The position numbers were made by a program, and so were the translations under genes. Positions 30,756-40,112 of a DNA stretch of 64,000 nucleotides are shown piece after piece. This stretch comes from Rhodothermales bacterium. GTDB lineage: Bacteria; Bacteroidota; Rhodothermia; Rhodothermales; Bin80. The notes below the pieces were generated by a model. The model saw only the letters and a program-made list of their open reading frames with translations. It had not been told where the DNA came from and did not search any database. The number at the start of each line of letters is the position of its first letter. Position 1 is the stretch's first letter. The stretch lies in contig OX638318.1 in the NCBI GenBank assembly GCA_951812585.1, positions 1,501,058 through 1,565,057 of the forward strand. Reading direction: 5' to 3'.

Positions 30756-30771
30756 GGTTTCACGTGAAACA
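30756..30771. promoter_or_regulatory. parS: parS site (1 mismatch)
   Basis: GGTTTCACGTGAAACA vs consensus TGTTTCACGTGAAACA; intergenic, origin-proximal. Confidence 0.88.
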
Positions 30772-31251
30772 TATTGGCGCAGCGCGCCGGGAAAACGGTC
30801 CGTCCGCGCGTGCCATCCGGTTGTACGCTGTAGCAGTACAAACGGAGTCCTGCAGTGCAGTGATGGGAGGAATTGGCACCTGCTTCGACTTTGACAGAGT
30901 GCAGTGCGCACGAAAGGCACCGGCCGAATGCGCTGAGGCCGAATATGCTGGCGCGGCGTGAACGTACGAATCTCCTTGTTTGCAAACAGAGCATTATATG
31001 CTAAAGTGTCGGGCAGTCATAGGCACGGTGGCCCATGGGCCGCGAACGCCAAGAGGCAGATGCGCAAGAGAATCAGCTCGCAGCGAACGACCGCCGTGCG
31101 TTGGGTGTGCGTACTGCCAGGCATCTTGAAGCGATGCGCACCAGGCCGGTCGCTGGCAACGAACCAGAATTCGAACCGCGGGCCGTGTGCCTTGGCGTTG
31201 GCAACCGGGGGCGGTGGCATGCGCGGAAGCTGTGTCCAGGCGATTACAGAG

Positions 31252-31440
31252 TTAACTGAAGCTTACTTCGTCCTGGGCGGCGGGCTTGGCCTTCGGTGCC
31301 TCCGGCCTCCCGCCCTTCAAGAACTGCCGTGTAGCTTCCTGTATCGTTAGCCCGCCGTAGCGCGGATTCGCCGCTGGCGTGTTACCCCACGTGCCCTGCA
31401 AGCGCTTACGCTTGCGCTCCTGCCGGTCGCCTTTTGTCAT
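31252..31440 (-). CDS. Small IS1595 passenger protein (62 aa, NPRYxGLTIQ motif)
   Basis: MTKGDRQERKRKRLQGTWGNTPAANPRYGGLTIQEATRQFLK...; homologous to the small ORF in the other three copies. Confidence 0.6.
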   Translation of the reverse strand: MTKGDRQERKRKRLQGTWGNTPAANPRYGGLTIQEATRQFLKGGRPEAPKAKPAAQDEVSFS

Positions 31441-31490
31441 TTCAGTGTCCTGTGTCCGTATGGATTGATCTACTGAGTTGGTGCACAACG

Positions 31491-32428
31491 CTACGCTGTC
31501 AGCGTAGCGTACATGAGCCGTTTGCCCACCATACCAGCCACAACGTGCTGCCTTTGCTCCAGCGTATCCATTGTGCGTACGTTGTGCTTGCCCGCAAACT
31601 GGTGCCCGTAGCGGTGCACGTGCTTCTTGCTCCAGTGGTGGTACGTACCATGATACGCCCGCTTGAACATGCTCCAGAATGATTCCAGCCCGTTCGTGTG
31701 CGCCATGCCATTGACCCACCCGCCGACCGAGTGCTTGACGGTTTCGTGCTGCACCCCAGTCATGCCCTTGTAGACGTGCGCCTCATCGGTGTAGACCGTT
31801 GTGCCGAGGTGTTATCGTAAACGAACGGCTGTAAGGTCGCTGCATTCGTGCTCTCCACCACTTCGGCCCGAATCTGCCCGCTTGCACGGTCTTTCAGGCC
31901 GGCCACCGCCGTCTTGACTACCGGGCCGCGTCCGGCTTTCTGCTTCCTGTGCTCGTGCTTGTTTTTCTCCAAGCCACCCCCGTACGTTTCGTCGGCCTCC
32001 ACCGGTCCCTCGAACGCAGCGGCCAGCAGGAGCGCAAAGGCGGCCCGTACGCGCTGCAACATGAACCAGGCCGTAGTCTGCGTCCCATCGAGGTCGCGGT
32101 GGAGCTTCATGCTGGAGACGCCCTTCAGGGAGGTCATTTCAAGATAAATGGCCCATACCCACTTCTTCAACGGCAGCCGGCTACTGGCCAATGCGGTACC
32201 TGTGCGCACCGAGAAGAACCGCTTGCACGGACGGCATCGGTACGGCATTGGCCTGTGTGTGCCCGCATACGTGTCTGTGCCCTTGCAGCGCGGGCACAGA
32301 CGACCGTCCGGCCAAATCACAGCCTCGAGCCACAGGACGGCCGCCTGCTCATTCGGAAACATTTCGGCCAGTTTGGCCATGCTGATTCCCTTGCGATACC
32401 TGCGCCCAGGCCCCGATTTAACCGCCAT
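31491..32428 (-). pseudogene. IS1595 transposase, frameshifted near 31805
   Basis: Zn ribbon CPRC..YRCRPCKRFFSVRTGT, VEADETY, HTNGLESFWS split over two frames. Confidence 0.9.
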
Positions 32429-32800
32429 GAATTCCCCGATCTGGTGTACCCCCTCTATGCGCCGATCGGGAAGAAGTTTTCAGTTAATTATATAACCACC
32501 TCCCGATAAGTACCTCTATGGTCAGCCCGGTCCCTACACCCCACCCCCTACCCAGCACTGCTGCCAGCCGCTTTTGATGTGGAGGATGCGCTTGCACTCT
32601 AGCACCTACCGTTGTCATCCAGGCGTTGTTGGGAAGTCATGCCTCCCATCATCCAGCATACCCGCAACCGGACGGAGTGAGGCACAAGGGGCAGTGACCA
32701 GGTATTGTGAAGGCGCAGATCAAGGAAAAAAATCCTGGAGGTCTTGCGTCGCATAGCAGCGTGACAGTATATTTGACCCGATCATCGTTCACCTTACGAC

Positions 32801-34021
32801 ATGCCTATTATTATGAACGTCCGCTCTTGCCCGCTCACCACTGACGACTCAGCCGGAAATCCCGGTGCCACTGAGCGACTCGTACATCTCAGGCGCCGCA
32901 CGATCCGTCATTGCCGCTTGCCAATGGTGTTTGTATTTGTTCTTGCTATCGTTGCGCCCCAAACTGCCGCGCCAGCGTTTTCCCAGGTACCCTACATTAC
33001 GATAAGTATGACAGGGCCCAATGGTAACGAGATTAGTCACAATTCGGAAGTTGTACTTTCCCTAGGGGAGAACAGCTATCCGGTAGATGTAGAATATTCT
33101 CTACATAACGTACTCGACGAGTCTGAGGTTGACACTTGGATTGGCGACTCGCTGATTGCATACGCGTGCACACGCATGATCAGTGGGTTTACCTGCGAAG
33201 GCACTCCATCCAGACATGACTTGGGCTTGGGCACCCATACATTCGACGCTAACCTGTTCCTTTACCCTCCGAAGCCTGGACCTCGCATTTATATAGGTGG
33301 GACAACCCATATCGTTACGGTGGTTGCGGCTGGCCCTCCTGACCCTCCGGGTCTGCTCGTTTTGGACAATGCCGGTGAGATCGGCGAGTCACCGTCCCTG
33401 TCTTGGGGTCCCAGTCCAACCCCCGACGTATCCTACAACGTTTACCGCTGTTTTAGCGAAACGGACGCTTGCGCATCTGGAGGAGGGGTCTCCGGTATCA
33501 TCGCTACTACTAACTCAACCAATTATACGGATTCTTACGTCGACATCTCGACACAGGACAATGCCATCGGACAGTACAGCTACTGGGTCACGGCAACCAA
33601 TGATGACCTAGAAGAGTCTGAAGCCACGAACACTGTTTCTACTTGGGGCAATCCCATTTGGGTCGGCAGTTTCCCTTACTTTGGATCGGAGGTGCCAGTA
33701 ACGGAAGTAACGGAGTCGGCTACGGCTACACTGCAAGTAGATACGCCCAGTCCCGAAACGTATACGCTGCATCAAAACTACCCAAATCCGTTTAATCCTG
33801 ACACCGAGATACGCTTTGACTTACCGGAGGCCGCCGAGGTGACACTGATCGTGTATGATATGATGGGGCGTGAGGTGGACCGACCGCTCGGTCGGTACTT
33901 GAATGCAGGCTCGCACAGCGTAAAGTGGCAGGCTGCCTCTCGTCTTCCCAGTGGCATGTACCTGTACCATCTTCGGGCAGGACTCTTCAGCGAAACAAGA
34001 AAGATGACCCTCGTCAAGTAA
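32801..34021 (+). CDS. Secreted protein with FN3-like domain and T9SS type A sorting domain
   Basis: Signal-like MVFVFVLAIVAPQTAAPAFSQ (true start may be downstream), LSW...YNVYR...YTD...YSYWVTA, NYPNPFNP...LPSGMYLY...KMTLVK; visibly lower GC. Confidence 0.82.
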   Translation: MPIIMNVRSCPLTTDDSAGNPGATERLVHLRRRTIRHCRLPMVFVFVLAIVAPQTAAPAFSQVPYITISMTGPNGNEISHNSEVVLSLGENSYPVDVEYSLHNVLDESEVDTWIGDSLIAYACTRMISGFTCEGTPSRHDLGLGTHTFDANLFLYPPKPGPRIYIGGTTHIVTVVAAGPPDPPGLLVLDNAGEIGESPSLSWGPSPTPDVSYNVYRCFSETDACASGGGVSGIIATTNSTNYTDSYVDISTQDNAIGQYSYWVTATNDDLEESEATNTVSTWGNPIWVGSFPYFGSEVPVTEVTESATATLQVDTPSPETYTLHQNYPNPFNPDTEIRFDLPEAAEVTLIVYDMMGREVDRPLGRYLNAGSHSVKWQAASRLPSGMYLYHLRAGLFSETRKMTLVK

Positions 34022-34584
34022 AACAGTAAGCGACACTCGGCCAAGAAAAAAGGGGATGTCCTGTAGCCTGCCGTGATTGCCGGTTTTCTGTATGCGTGCG
34101 GTGGTGTACACCCCGTCTCGCTGAGAGTGCCTCGTAGGCCGGGCGGGACGTGGAGGATAGGCCTGCCTTGTTGTCGTAGTTGTGCCCCCGCTGGGGAGTG
34201 CGCTATCTGACCAGGTCATACGTCATCCACTTCCTGTCTGGTTGATGGAGTAGGTACCGAGTGTACCACGGAGCCGCAGGGGTCAGGCGACCGCACAAGC
34301 TACCATGTGGCAGGCCACCTCGGGGTTTTCCGCTGCGGACCGGCAGGTGCCGTGTTCCTCTTTGTCGCTGGCCGCTATCTCACGTATGCGGTCTGTCGAC
34401 GTGGTACGCTGCGCGATGAAGACGCTGGCGATTCCTGGAACAGGCGATGTTGCATTCCGCCGCGGTGGCCCCGCTACCGATGCGGGAGCGGCTTACGCGG
34501 TAAGCATGCGGTCAACTACATATTGCGTGGAGGCATAGTCAGGTCGGAACTTGTGGTCCACACTTAAGGACTCAAGAACGACCT

Positions 34585-34899
34585 ATGCGTAAGCCAAGAC
34601 GTACGGCGGAGGAGATGTTTCCGCTGGTAGAGCAATATCTTCAAAGTGGCCAGACCCGGAAGGTCTTCTGTGCAGCGCACGGGATATCCTTGTCACAACT
34701 GCACTACTGGCAGGGCAAGTATCCACGTAAGGGCGCTGTTTCGCAAGGCACGGCATTCCTGGAGATTAGTGCGCCTGCTGCGGGAGAGCGCGCGGCATTG
34801 GAGGTGGTCTACCTTGGTGGGGTGCGTCTGCGTCTATTCGTGCCGGCCTCTGCCATGTTTCTTCGGTCTCTGCTCCCGTCGGAGGTAGCCCCGGCATGA
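34585..34899 (+). CDS. tnpA: IS66 accessory protein TnpA
   Basis: SGQTRKVFCAAHGISLSQLHYW...FLEI...LEVVYLGGVRLRL. Confidence 0.82.
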   Translation: MRKPRRTAEEMFPLVEQYLQSGQTRKVFCAAHGISLSQLHYWQGKYPRKGAVSQGTAFLEISAPAAGERAALEVVYLGGVRLRLFVPASAMFLRSLLPSEVAPA

Positions 34900-35068
34900 T
34901 TCCGCTGGGTCCTCTCACCGCTCCTGCCTCTATTGCGAGCCGGCCGACATGCGCAAGAGCTTTGACGGGCTCTGCGGTCTGGTGCGCTCGGGTCTGAACC
35001 GGGATCCGCTCTCGGGGGAGGTATTCGTTTTCACGTTTTCATCAACCGGCAGCGAACGCACATCAAGT
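34896..35068 (+). pseudogene. tnpB: IS66 TnpB, frameshifted and truncated
   Basis: DMRKSFDGLCGLV...DPLSGEVFVF then INRQRTHIK in another frame. Confidence 0.85.
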
Positions 35069-35134
35069 CTCGTGTTCCATACTGCGACCTGTTGGGTTTA
35101 TGGCGCCGGGCTCGTGTTATTTGCAATAATGCGG

Positions 35135-35379
35135 CTATTCTGTGATACCCGGCGCGGTTCGGTACATAGTAAAGGTGCGTCCACCAACGACAAATCGGCG
35201 CGCGTCGATCGTGCCTGTCAGTCCTCGTGTCCGTACGGCACCCGCACTGATCCCCAGCGTGGCAGCCAGTTCAGCGGCAGTCGCGTAGCCTTCCTCGCGG
35301 ACTTTGGCGCGTTGCCGTTGGCTGCAGTTGACTATGCCCAGGCGCAACCGTATGCCTCGAAAGCTCTTGCTGGTGAAGG
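35135..35379 (-). pseudogene. C-terminal fragment resembling a large serine recombinase-family protein
   Basis: ...FTSKSFRGIRLRLGI...GYATAAELAATLGISAGAV (terminal HTH); 5' part replaced by intron ends. Confidence 0.45.
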
Positions 35380-35418
35380 GTCGAGTAGCCCGGGAAATTC
35401 ACCCCCAGGCCCTCACGG
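35380..35418 (-). mobile_element. Group II intron 3' end (domain VI), intron B
   Basis: Minus strand CCGTGAGGGCCTGGGGGTGAATTTCCCGGGCT-A-CTCGAC: hairpin with bulged A at -7 and terminal AC. Confidence 0.7.
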
Positions 35419-35566
35419 GTAGGGTCGGGGCCTGGCGCGCCAATCCGTAGGGTCCGGTGGCTTGTCCGTCGCTTTCGCTCCGGGCCTCAGTCCGGCTCCC
35501 GCGAATCATGTTTCTAGGTCCCGCCTTGTCAAACCACGGCATGCGGTTTTCCCGCACCGGGCCTCC
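35419..35566 (-). mobile_element. Group II intron 3' fragment (domains V-VI), intron A
   Basis: Minus strand AGGCCCGGTGCGGGAAAACCGCATGCCGTGGTTT (DV-like) then GACAAGGCGGGACCTAGAAAC...GCGCCAGGCCCCG-A-CCCTAC (long DVI, bulged A at -7, terminal AC); no RT ORF. Confidence 0.75.
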
Positions 35567-35683
35567 TGCCTCCAGGTGCAGCTACGATGCACCTGAGCGC
35601 GTCTGCGTCACAGGTCAGCATCTGAAGAGGCACGCAGCTGCAAGACAGTCAGCCCGTTTGCGCCACATGTGCGCCGCAAACGA

Positions 35684-35699
35684 TGTTTCACGTGAAACA
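35684..35699. promoter_or_regulatory. parS: parS site (perfect)
   Basis: TGTTTCACGTGAAACA perfect 16-bp palindrome. Confidence 0.93.
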
Positions 35700-35727
35700 T
35701 GTCATTTTCCAACAAGATCTGCGGTCC

Positions 35728-36669
35728 TCATGGCGTATCGGGCTGCGCTGTCTCTCCCCGAATGGCGCGGCGCACAAAGCCGTCTGCTTGTGCAAGGCGT
35801 GCTTGCGCCTCGGGCTTGTCTACGTCAGCGAGGACCATCACCAACGCAGTCTTGACATGGCCATCGGCTGCCTCCAGCACTTTAGAAGCAGCGACGTAGT
35901 CTAAGCCCGCAACAATCATCATGGTCCGTCGGGAACGCTCCACGAGCTTCTGCGCGCTCATCTGAAGGTCCACCATCATGTTTTCGTAAACCTTGCCCAT
36001 ACGCACCATCGCAGCTGTCGTGAGCATGTTGAGCACGAGCTTTTGGGCCGTGCCGCTCTTCATGCGCGTGGAGCCCATGATTACTTCCGGTCCGACCACG
36101 ACGCAGATGGCGACATCCACAGGCAGCGTGAAGGTGGCCCGTGGATTGCAGGTAACGAACAGTGTTTTGCACCCTATGGCACGCGCGGCCCTGGTCGCGC
36201 CGACCACGTATGGCGTGCGCCGACTGGCAGCAATGCCGCAGACTATATCTTGCGGCGTCACGCCGTGAATGCGCAGGGCCTCCGCACCGTCCGCTTCACT
36301 GTCTTCGGCCCCTTCCTGGGACCTGAACACTGCTGCCGGTCCGCCTGCAATGATGCCCTGGACCATCTCCGGCGGCGTACCGAAGGTTGGCGGGCATTCC
36401 GATGCATCCAGGATTCCCAGGCGGCCGCTGGTGCCGGCCCCTACATAAAACAATCGACCTCCGGCCCGAAAGGTATCCACAATGAGCTGGACAGCTTCTG
36501 CTATGTAAGCGGACTCTGCGCGTACGGCATGGGCTACACGCTGGTCCTCGTCATTGATGATGCGAAGGATTTCCGCGATGCTGCTCGTATCGATATGCTG
36601 CGAGCGCGGGTTGCGTTGCTCAGTGACGAGGGTACTAAGCTGGTGGTACAGCCGGGAAGCTTTGGACAT
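35728..36669 (-). CDS. murQ: N-acetylmuramic acid 6-phosphate etherase
   Basis: TEQRNP, GAGTSGRLGILDASECPPTF, GPEVIMGSTRMKSGTAQKLVLNM. Confidence 0.97.
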   Translation of the reverse strand: MSKASRLYHQLSTLVTEQRNPRSQHIDTSSIAEILRIINDEDQRVAHAVRAESAYIAEAVQLIVDTFRAGGRLFYVGAGTSGRLGILDASECPPTFGTPPEMVQGIIAGGPAAVFRSQEGAEDSEADGAEALRIHGVTPQDIVCGIAASRRTPYVVGATRAARAIGCKTLFVTCNPRATFTLPVDVAICVVVGPEVIMGSTRMKSGTAQKLVLNMLTTAAMVRMGKVYENMMVDLQMSAQKLVERSRRTMMIVAGLDYVAASKVLEAADGHVKTALVMVLADVDKPEAQARLAQADGFVRRAIRGETAQPDTP

Positions 36670-36722
36670 AGCAAAATGCAACTTGGAGAATGATACACAC
36701 TGAACTGTACACTACTTGGGGC

Positions 36723-36914
36723 TTAGACGAGCCGAAGCTCGTCGTTTCTTGCCCTCAAATCTGCCGCTTGCTTCGGTTTTGGCCTGGCCTTCTCCAGTTG
36801 CCTTACCGCCTTCTGGATCGTTAGTCCGCGATAGCGCGGATTCGGACTGGGCGTGTTGTCGATCCGCTCAAACTCAGCGTGTAACGCGTCCTTCGTATCG
36901 TTGACCCTTCTCAT
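36723..36914 (-). CDS. Small IS1595 passenger protein (63 aa)
   Basis: MRRVNDTKDALHAEFERIDNTPSPNPRYRGLTIQKAVRQL...; ATGA overlap with transposase stop. Confidence 0.65.
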   Translation of the reverse strand: MRRVNDTKDALHAEFERIDNTPSPNPRYRGLTIQKAVRQLEKARPKPKQAADLRARNDELRLV

Positions 36915-37847
36915 TGCGCAATCAGATCTTTGTACATAAGCCGCCGCCCTGCCCGTGCGGCCACTACGTGCTGCATTTGTTCGAGCGTGTCCATGTCCCG
37001 GACGTTGTGCTTTTGCGCAAACTGGTGCACGTACCGCTGCAAGTGCTTGGCACTCATTTTGTGGTACACGCCATGGTACGCCCGCTTCAGCGTGGCCCAG
37101 AACGACTCCAGCCCGTTCGTGTGAGCCATGCCGTTGACCCATTCGCCCACGCTGTGTTTGACCGTCTCATGCTCCCTACCGATCATGCCCTTGTAAGCGG
37201 TGGCGTCGTCCGTGTAGACCGTTGCGCCGATTTCGGTGGGGTTATACACGAACTGCTTCAACGTCGGGCCGCTTGTGTCCTCAACGACCGTGGCCCGAAT
37301 CTGGCCGGTACCGCGGTCTTTCAGCCCCGCTACCGCCGTCTTGCCAACCGTTCCGCGTCCCGCTTTCAGCTTCTTGTGCGCGTGCTTGTTGGCCTCCTTG
37401 CCCCCAACCATACGTCTCGTCGGCTTCAACCGGGCCTTCAAACGCGGCGGCGGCTAACGGCGCGAACGCCTCCCGAATCCGTTGCAGCATGAACCACGCC
37501 AACTTTTGCGTGATGCCCAGGTCGCGGTGAAGCTTCATGCTGGATACGCCCTTGAGCGCGGTCATTTCAAGATAAATGGCGTAGGTCCACTGGAGCAAGG
37601 GCAACCGTGAGGCTTGCAGCACCGTGCCCGTCCGAACACTGAACCGCTTGCGGCACATGCGGCAACGGTACGGCATGGTCTGTTGTGGGCAAGCATAGGT
37701 ATAGGTGCCCCTGCACTGCGGGCAAAAGCGGCCTTCCGGCCAAAAGATGGCCTCAAACCACTCCCGGGCGGCCTCCTCGCTCGGATACCGCCGTGCCAAC
37801 GCCAAGAGTGTGAGTCCCTTGCGGTGTGATCTGCCTGGCCCTGTCAT
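36911..37847 (-). pseudogene. IS1595 transposase, frameshift after EADETY
   Basis: TAT-G-GTT-GGG-GGC-AAG: one extra base; both halves otherwise open. Confidence 0.9.
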
Positions 37848-38163
37848 GATTCCCCCGATCTGGTTTAGTCCTCATACGGCCCCAATCGAAGAAAAATTAC
37901 AGTTAAGTATATAAACCCCTTTCTGATCTGGCATTGCGCCGCCACAGCAAACGGATGCGTAGCACGTCCGATGCCACGCATTGATCCTTGCGGTGCTCGC
38001 CGCAGGATATGTGCAAGCGCGGTCCTTCATGTAGAGCCAGTAATCTGCGGATAGTTTGGCAAAAGAGGTGCGCATTTGTGTTGCAATACGCCGTGCGCCT
38101 TAGTTTGCTCTTGATTAAGGGCTTCGTGCGCGCGGTGCACAGGGCCAGAATGCCGTTGGCAGT

Positions 38164-39309
38164 ATGATTGTGCACTCACTTCGACTGCGTCATTTTCGCG
38201 CGCACAACGATTCTCGGATGACGTTTGCTCCCAAAGTCAACGTGCTGCACGGCCAGAACGGGGCGGGCAAGACGAACATTCTGGAGGCGATTCACTACTT
38301 GTGTCTCAGCAAGAGCTTTCTGACGACGCAGGACCGATTGGTCCTGCGCGTGGGGGCACCCTTCTTTGAGCTAACGGGCGCATTTGGCGGCCAGCGGCGA
38401 AGCGCAGTAGAAGTACGCCTGCATTTCGATCCGAAAAAGGGGAAACACCTCTTTACCAATGGGGCGCCGATAGAACGCGTGGCCGACCATGTAGGCATGC
38501 TGCCCGTGGTATCGTTTGAGCCCGGGGACATTACCATCACCGCGGGAATGCCAGGTGAGCGGCGGCGTTTCGTGAACAACATCCTGTGCCAGGCGAAGCC
38601 CGCGTACCTGGAAGCGCTCACCCGCTACCGGCGGGTGCTGCGTCAGCGCAACCGCTTGCTGATGATGGCCAAGCGGCAAGGGGCAGCCCCGGACAAGGCG
38701 ACGCTCGCGTCGTGGGATGATGCGCTGGTGCAGCATGGAAGTCGAGTTATCGGAATCCGGGCGCAGTTTCTGACTGATTTCGCGTCATTTTTGCACGACG
38801 CGTACCGACACCTGGCAGCCATGGAGAAGAACCCCGCCATGTCGTACAGCGGCAGCGTTTCGGCGGCGCGCAGTTGGAAGGTGGGCGCTATTGAACAAGC
38901 CTTTCGAAAGCAATTGGCAGCAGCCGTAAAACGCGAGCATGCACGCGGGCAGACGCTCGTAGGACCGCACCGGGACGAGGTTAAGCTCACGGTTGATGGT
39001 CTGGAGCTGCGCCGGTACGGATCGCAAGGCCAGCATCGCACCTTCGGCATCGCCATAAAGCTGGCGCAGTATTTCTATCTGAATGATCGGCTAGGAGAGC
39101 CGCCCGTGTTGCTTCTCGACGATGTGTGTGATTCGCTGGACAGCAGGCGCGCGGAAGCGCTGCTCTTGCTGTTGCAGAGCGACCTGGTGGGCCAAAGCCT
39201 GATCACCGCAGCGGGATTGGAAACCATTCGGCGCTTTGTGCCCTTTGAAGCGGGGCCAAACCAGCGCTTGCGCGTACACGCGGGGGCCGTATCAGTGCCC
39301 GACGCGTAA
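38164..39309 (+). CDS. recF: DNA replication/repair protein RecF
   Basis: GQNGAGKTNILEAI, GPHRDE, SQGQHR, LLLDDV. Confidence 0.97.
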   Translation: MIVHSLRLRHFRAHNDSRMTFAPKVNVLHGQNGAGKTNILEAIHYLCLSKSFLTTQDRLVLRVGAPFFELTGAFGGQRRSAVEVRLHFDPKKGKHLFTNGAPIERVADHVGMLPVVSFEPGDITITAGMPGERRRFVNNILCQAKPAYLEALTRYRRVLRQRNRLLMMAKRQGAAPDKATLASWDDALVQHGSRVIGIRAQFLTDFASFLHDAYRHLAAMEKNPAMSYSGSVSAARSWKVGAIEQAFRKQLAAAVKREHARGQTLVGPHRDEVKLTVDGLELRRYGSQGQHRTFGIAIKLAQYFYLNDRLGEPPVLLLDDVCDSLDSRRAEALLLLLQSDLVGQSLITAAGLETIRRFVPFEAGPNQRLRVHAGAVSVPDA

Positions 39310-39339
39310 TGCCGAGGCACGACCTGCGGCAAGCGTTGG

Positions 39340-39783
39340 CTACTCGGGAGCGATGAAGAGCACTTCCCCTGAAGCAGCCATCTTGTTAGCGTCGTTGTAG
39401 ATATAGGTTCTTGCCATGATGCGCCGACCCTTTTTTTTCTTCTCGGAAATCTTGATCTCAACCCGCAGCATGGAATTGACAGGGACAGGGCGCAAAAAAC
39501 GGCACGAGATGCTCACCGCGATGCTGCCCCGGCCCGGAAAGTCATGCCCGATAATCTTGGAGAAGAGCGACAACAGGAAGACGCCGTGGACAATCCTGCC
39601 GCCAAAGCTGGTTTGGGCGGCGTACTCTGCGTCCACATGAATGGGATTGTCGTCGCCGGTGATCTCGGCGAAGGCTATGACGTCCGCTTCGCTCAGGTAG
39701 CGGTAGGAGGTATGCAACTGTCCGACCTCAATTGTGTCGAACGTGTGCGCTTCCTGGGCTTCAGCCACGGGATCTGAACTCAT
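39340..39783 (-). CDS. MaoC-family (R)-specific enoyl-CoA hydratase/dehydratase
   Basis: FAEITGDDNPIHVD, FGGRIVHG, FLRPV; ATG 39783. Confidence 0.92.
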   Translation of the reverse strand: MSSDPVAEAQEAHTFDTIEVGQLHTSYRYLSEADVIAFAEITGDDNPIHVDAEYAAQTSFGGRIVHGVFLLSLFSKIIGHDFPGRGSIAVSISCRFLRPVPVNSMLRVEIKISEKKKKGRRIMARTYIYNDANKMAASGEVLFIAPE

Positions 39784-40112
39784 AATCGTAGATTGGACTG
39801 CGCGCCAGACACAGGCACCTAGTAACATACAACTCTCCGGTGTGTTTCTTTTGAGCGTATGCAACGGTGCGTGCAAGAGCATTCAGATGGCATCATTCCA
39901 AGCGGGGCACTTGCCCCTCGGGCAGCACCGACACTAATGCGGGTCAGAGCCTTGGGCCGGAGAAAGCGGCGGGCAGCTGCGCATTCCCGCCAGCATATCA
40001 GCGCTGGCGCGGTGGCGGCGCGCGGCATATGTCGAACCGCAGGCACACCCGGTCAACGCGACTTGCGGCACCGGTTGGTGTGGGCGCTCGGTTCGCCTGG
40101 ACTCATTGAGCG

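Larger units (their letters stand above)
31239..32500 (-). mobile_element. IS1595-family element, copy 1 (divergent relative, ISNwi1-like ends)
   Basis: Imperfect 22-bp TIRs GGCGATTACAGAGTTAACTGAA / GGTGGTTATATAATTAACTGAA; no target duplication seen. Confidence 0.85.
34500..35068 (+). mobile_element. IS66-family remnant (left end, tnpA, truncated tnpB)
   Basis: Begins GTAAGC; tnpA then ATGA-coupled tnpB; no tnpC. Confidence 0.8.
36688..37919 (-). mobile_element. IS1595-family element, copy 2
   Basis: Right end TACAGTTAAGTATATAAACCCC; left TIR eroded (TACACACTGAACTGTA); closely similar to copies 3 and 4. Confidence 0.9.

Noticed and set aside
34491..34505. Palindrome GCTTAC-GCG-GTAAGC at the IS66 left end
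   Set aside because: Could be the end of a second IS66, but no transposase sequence is recognisable upstream
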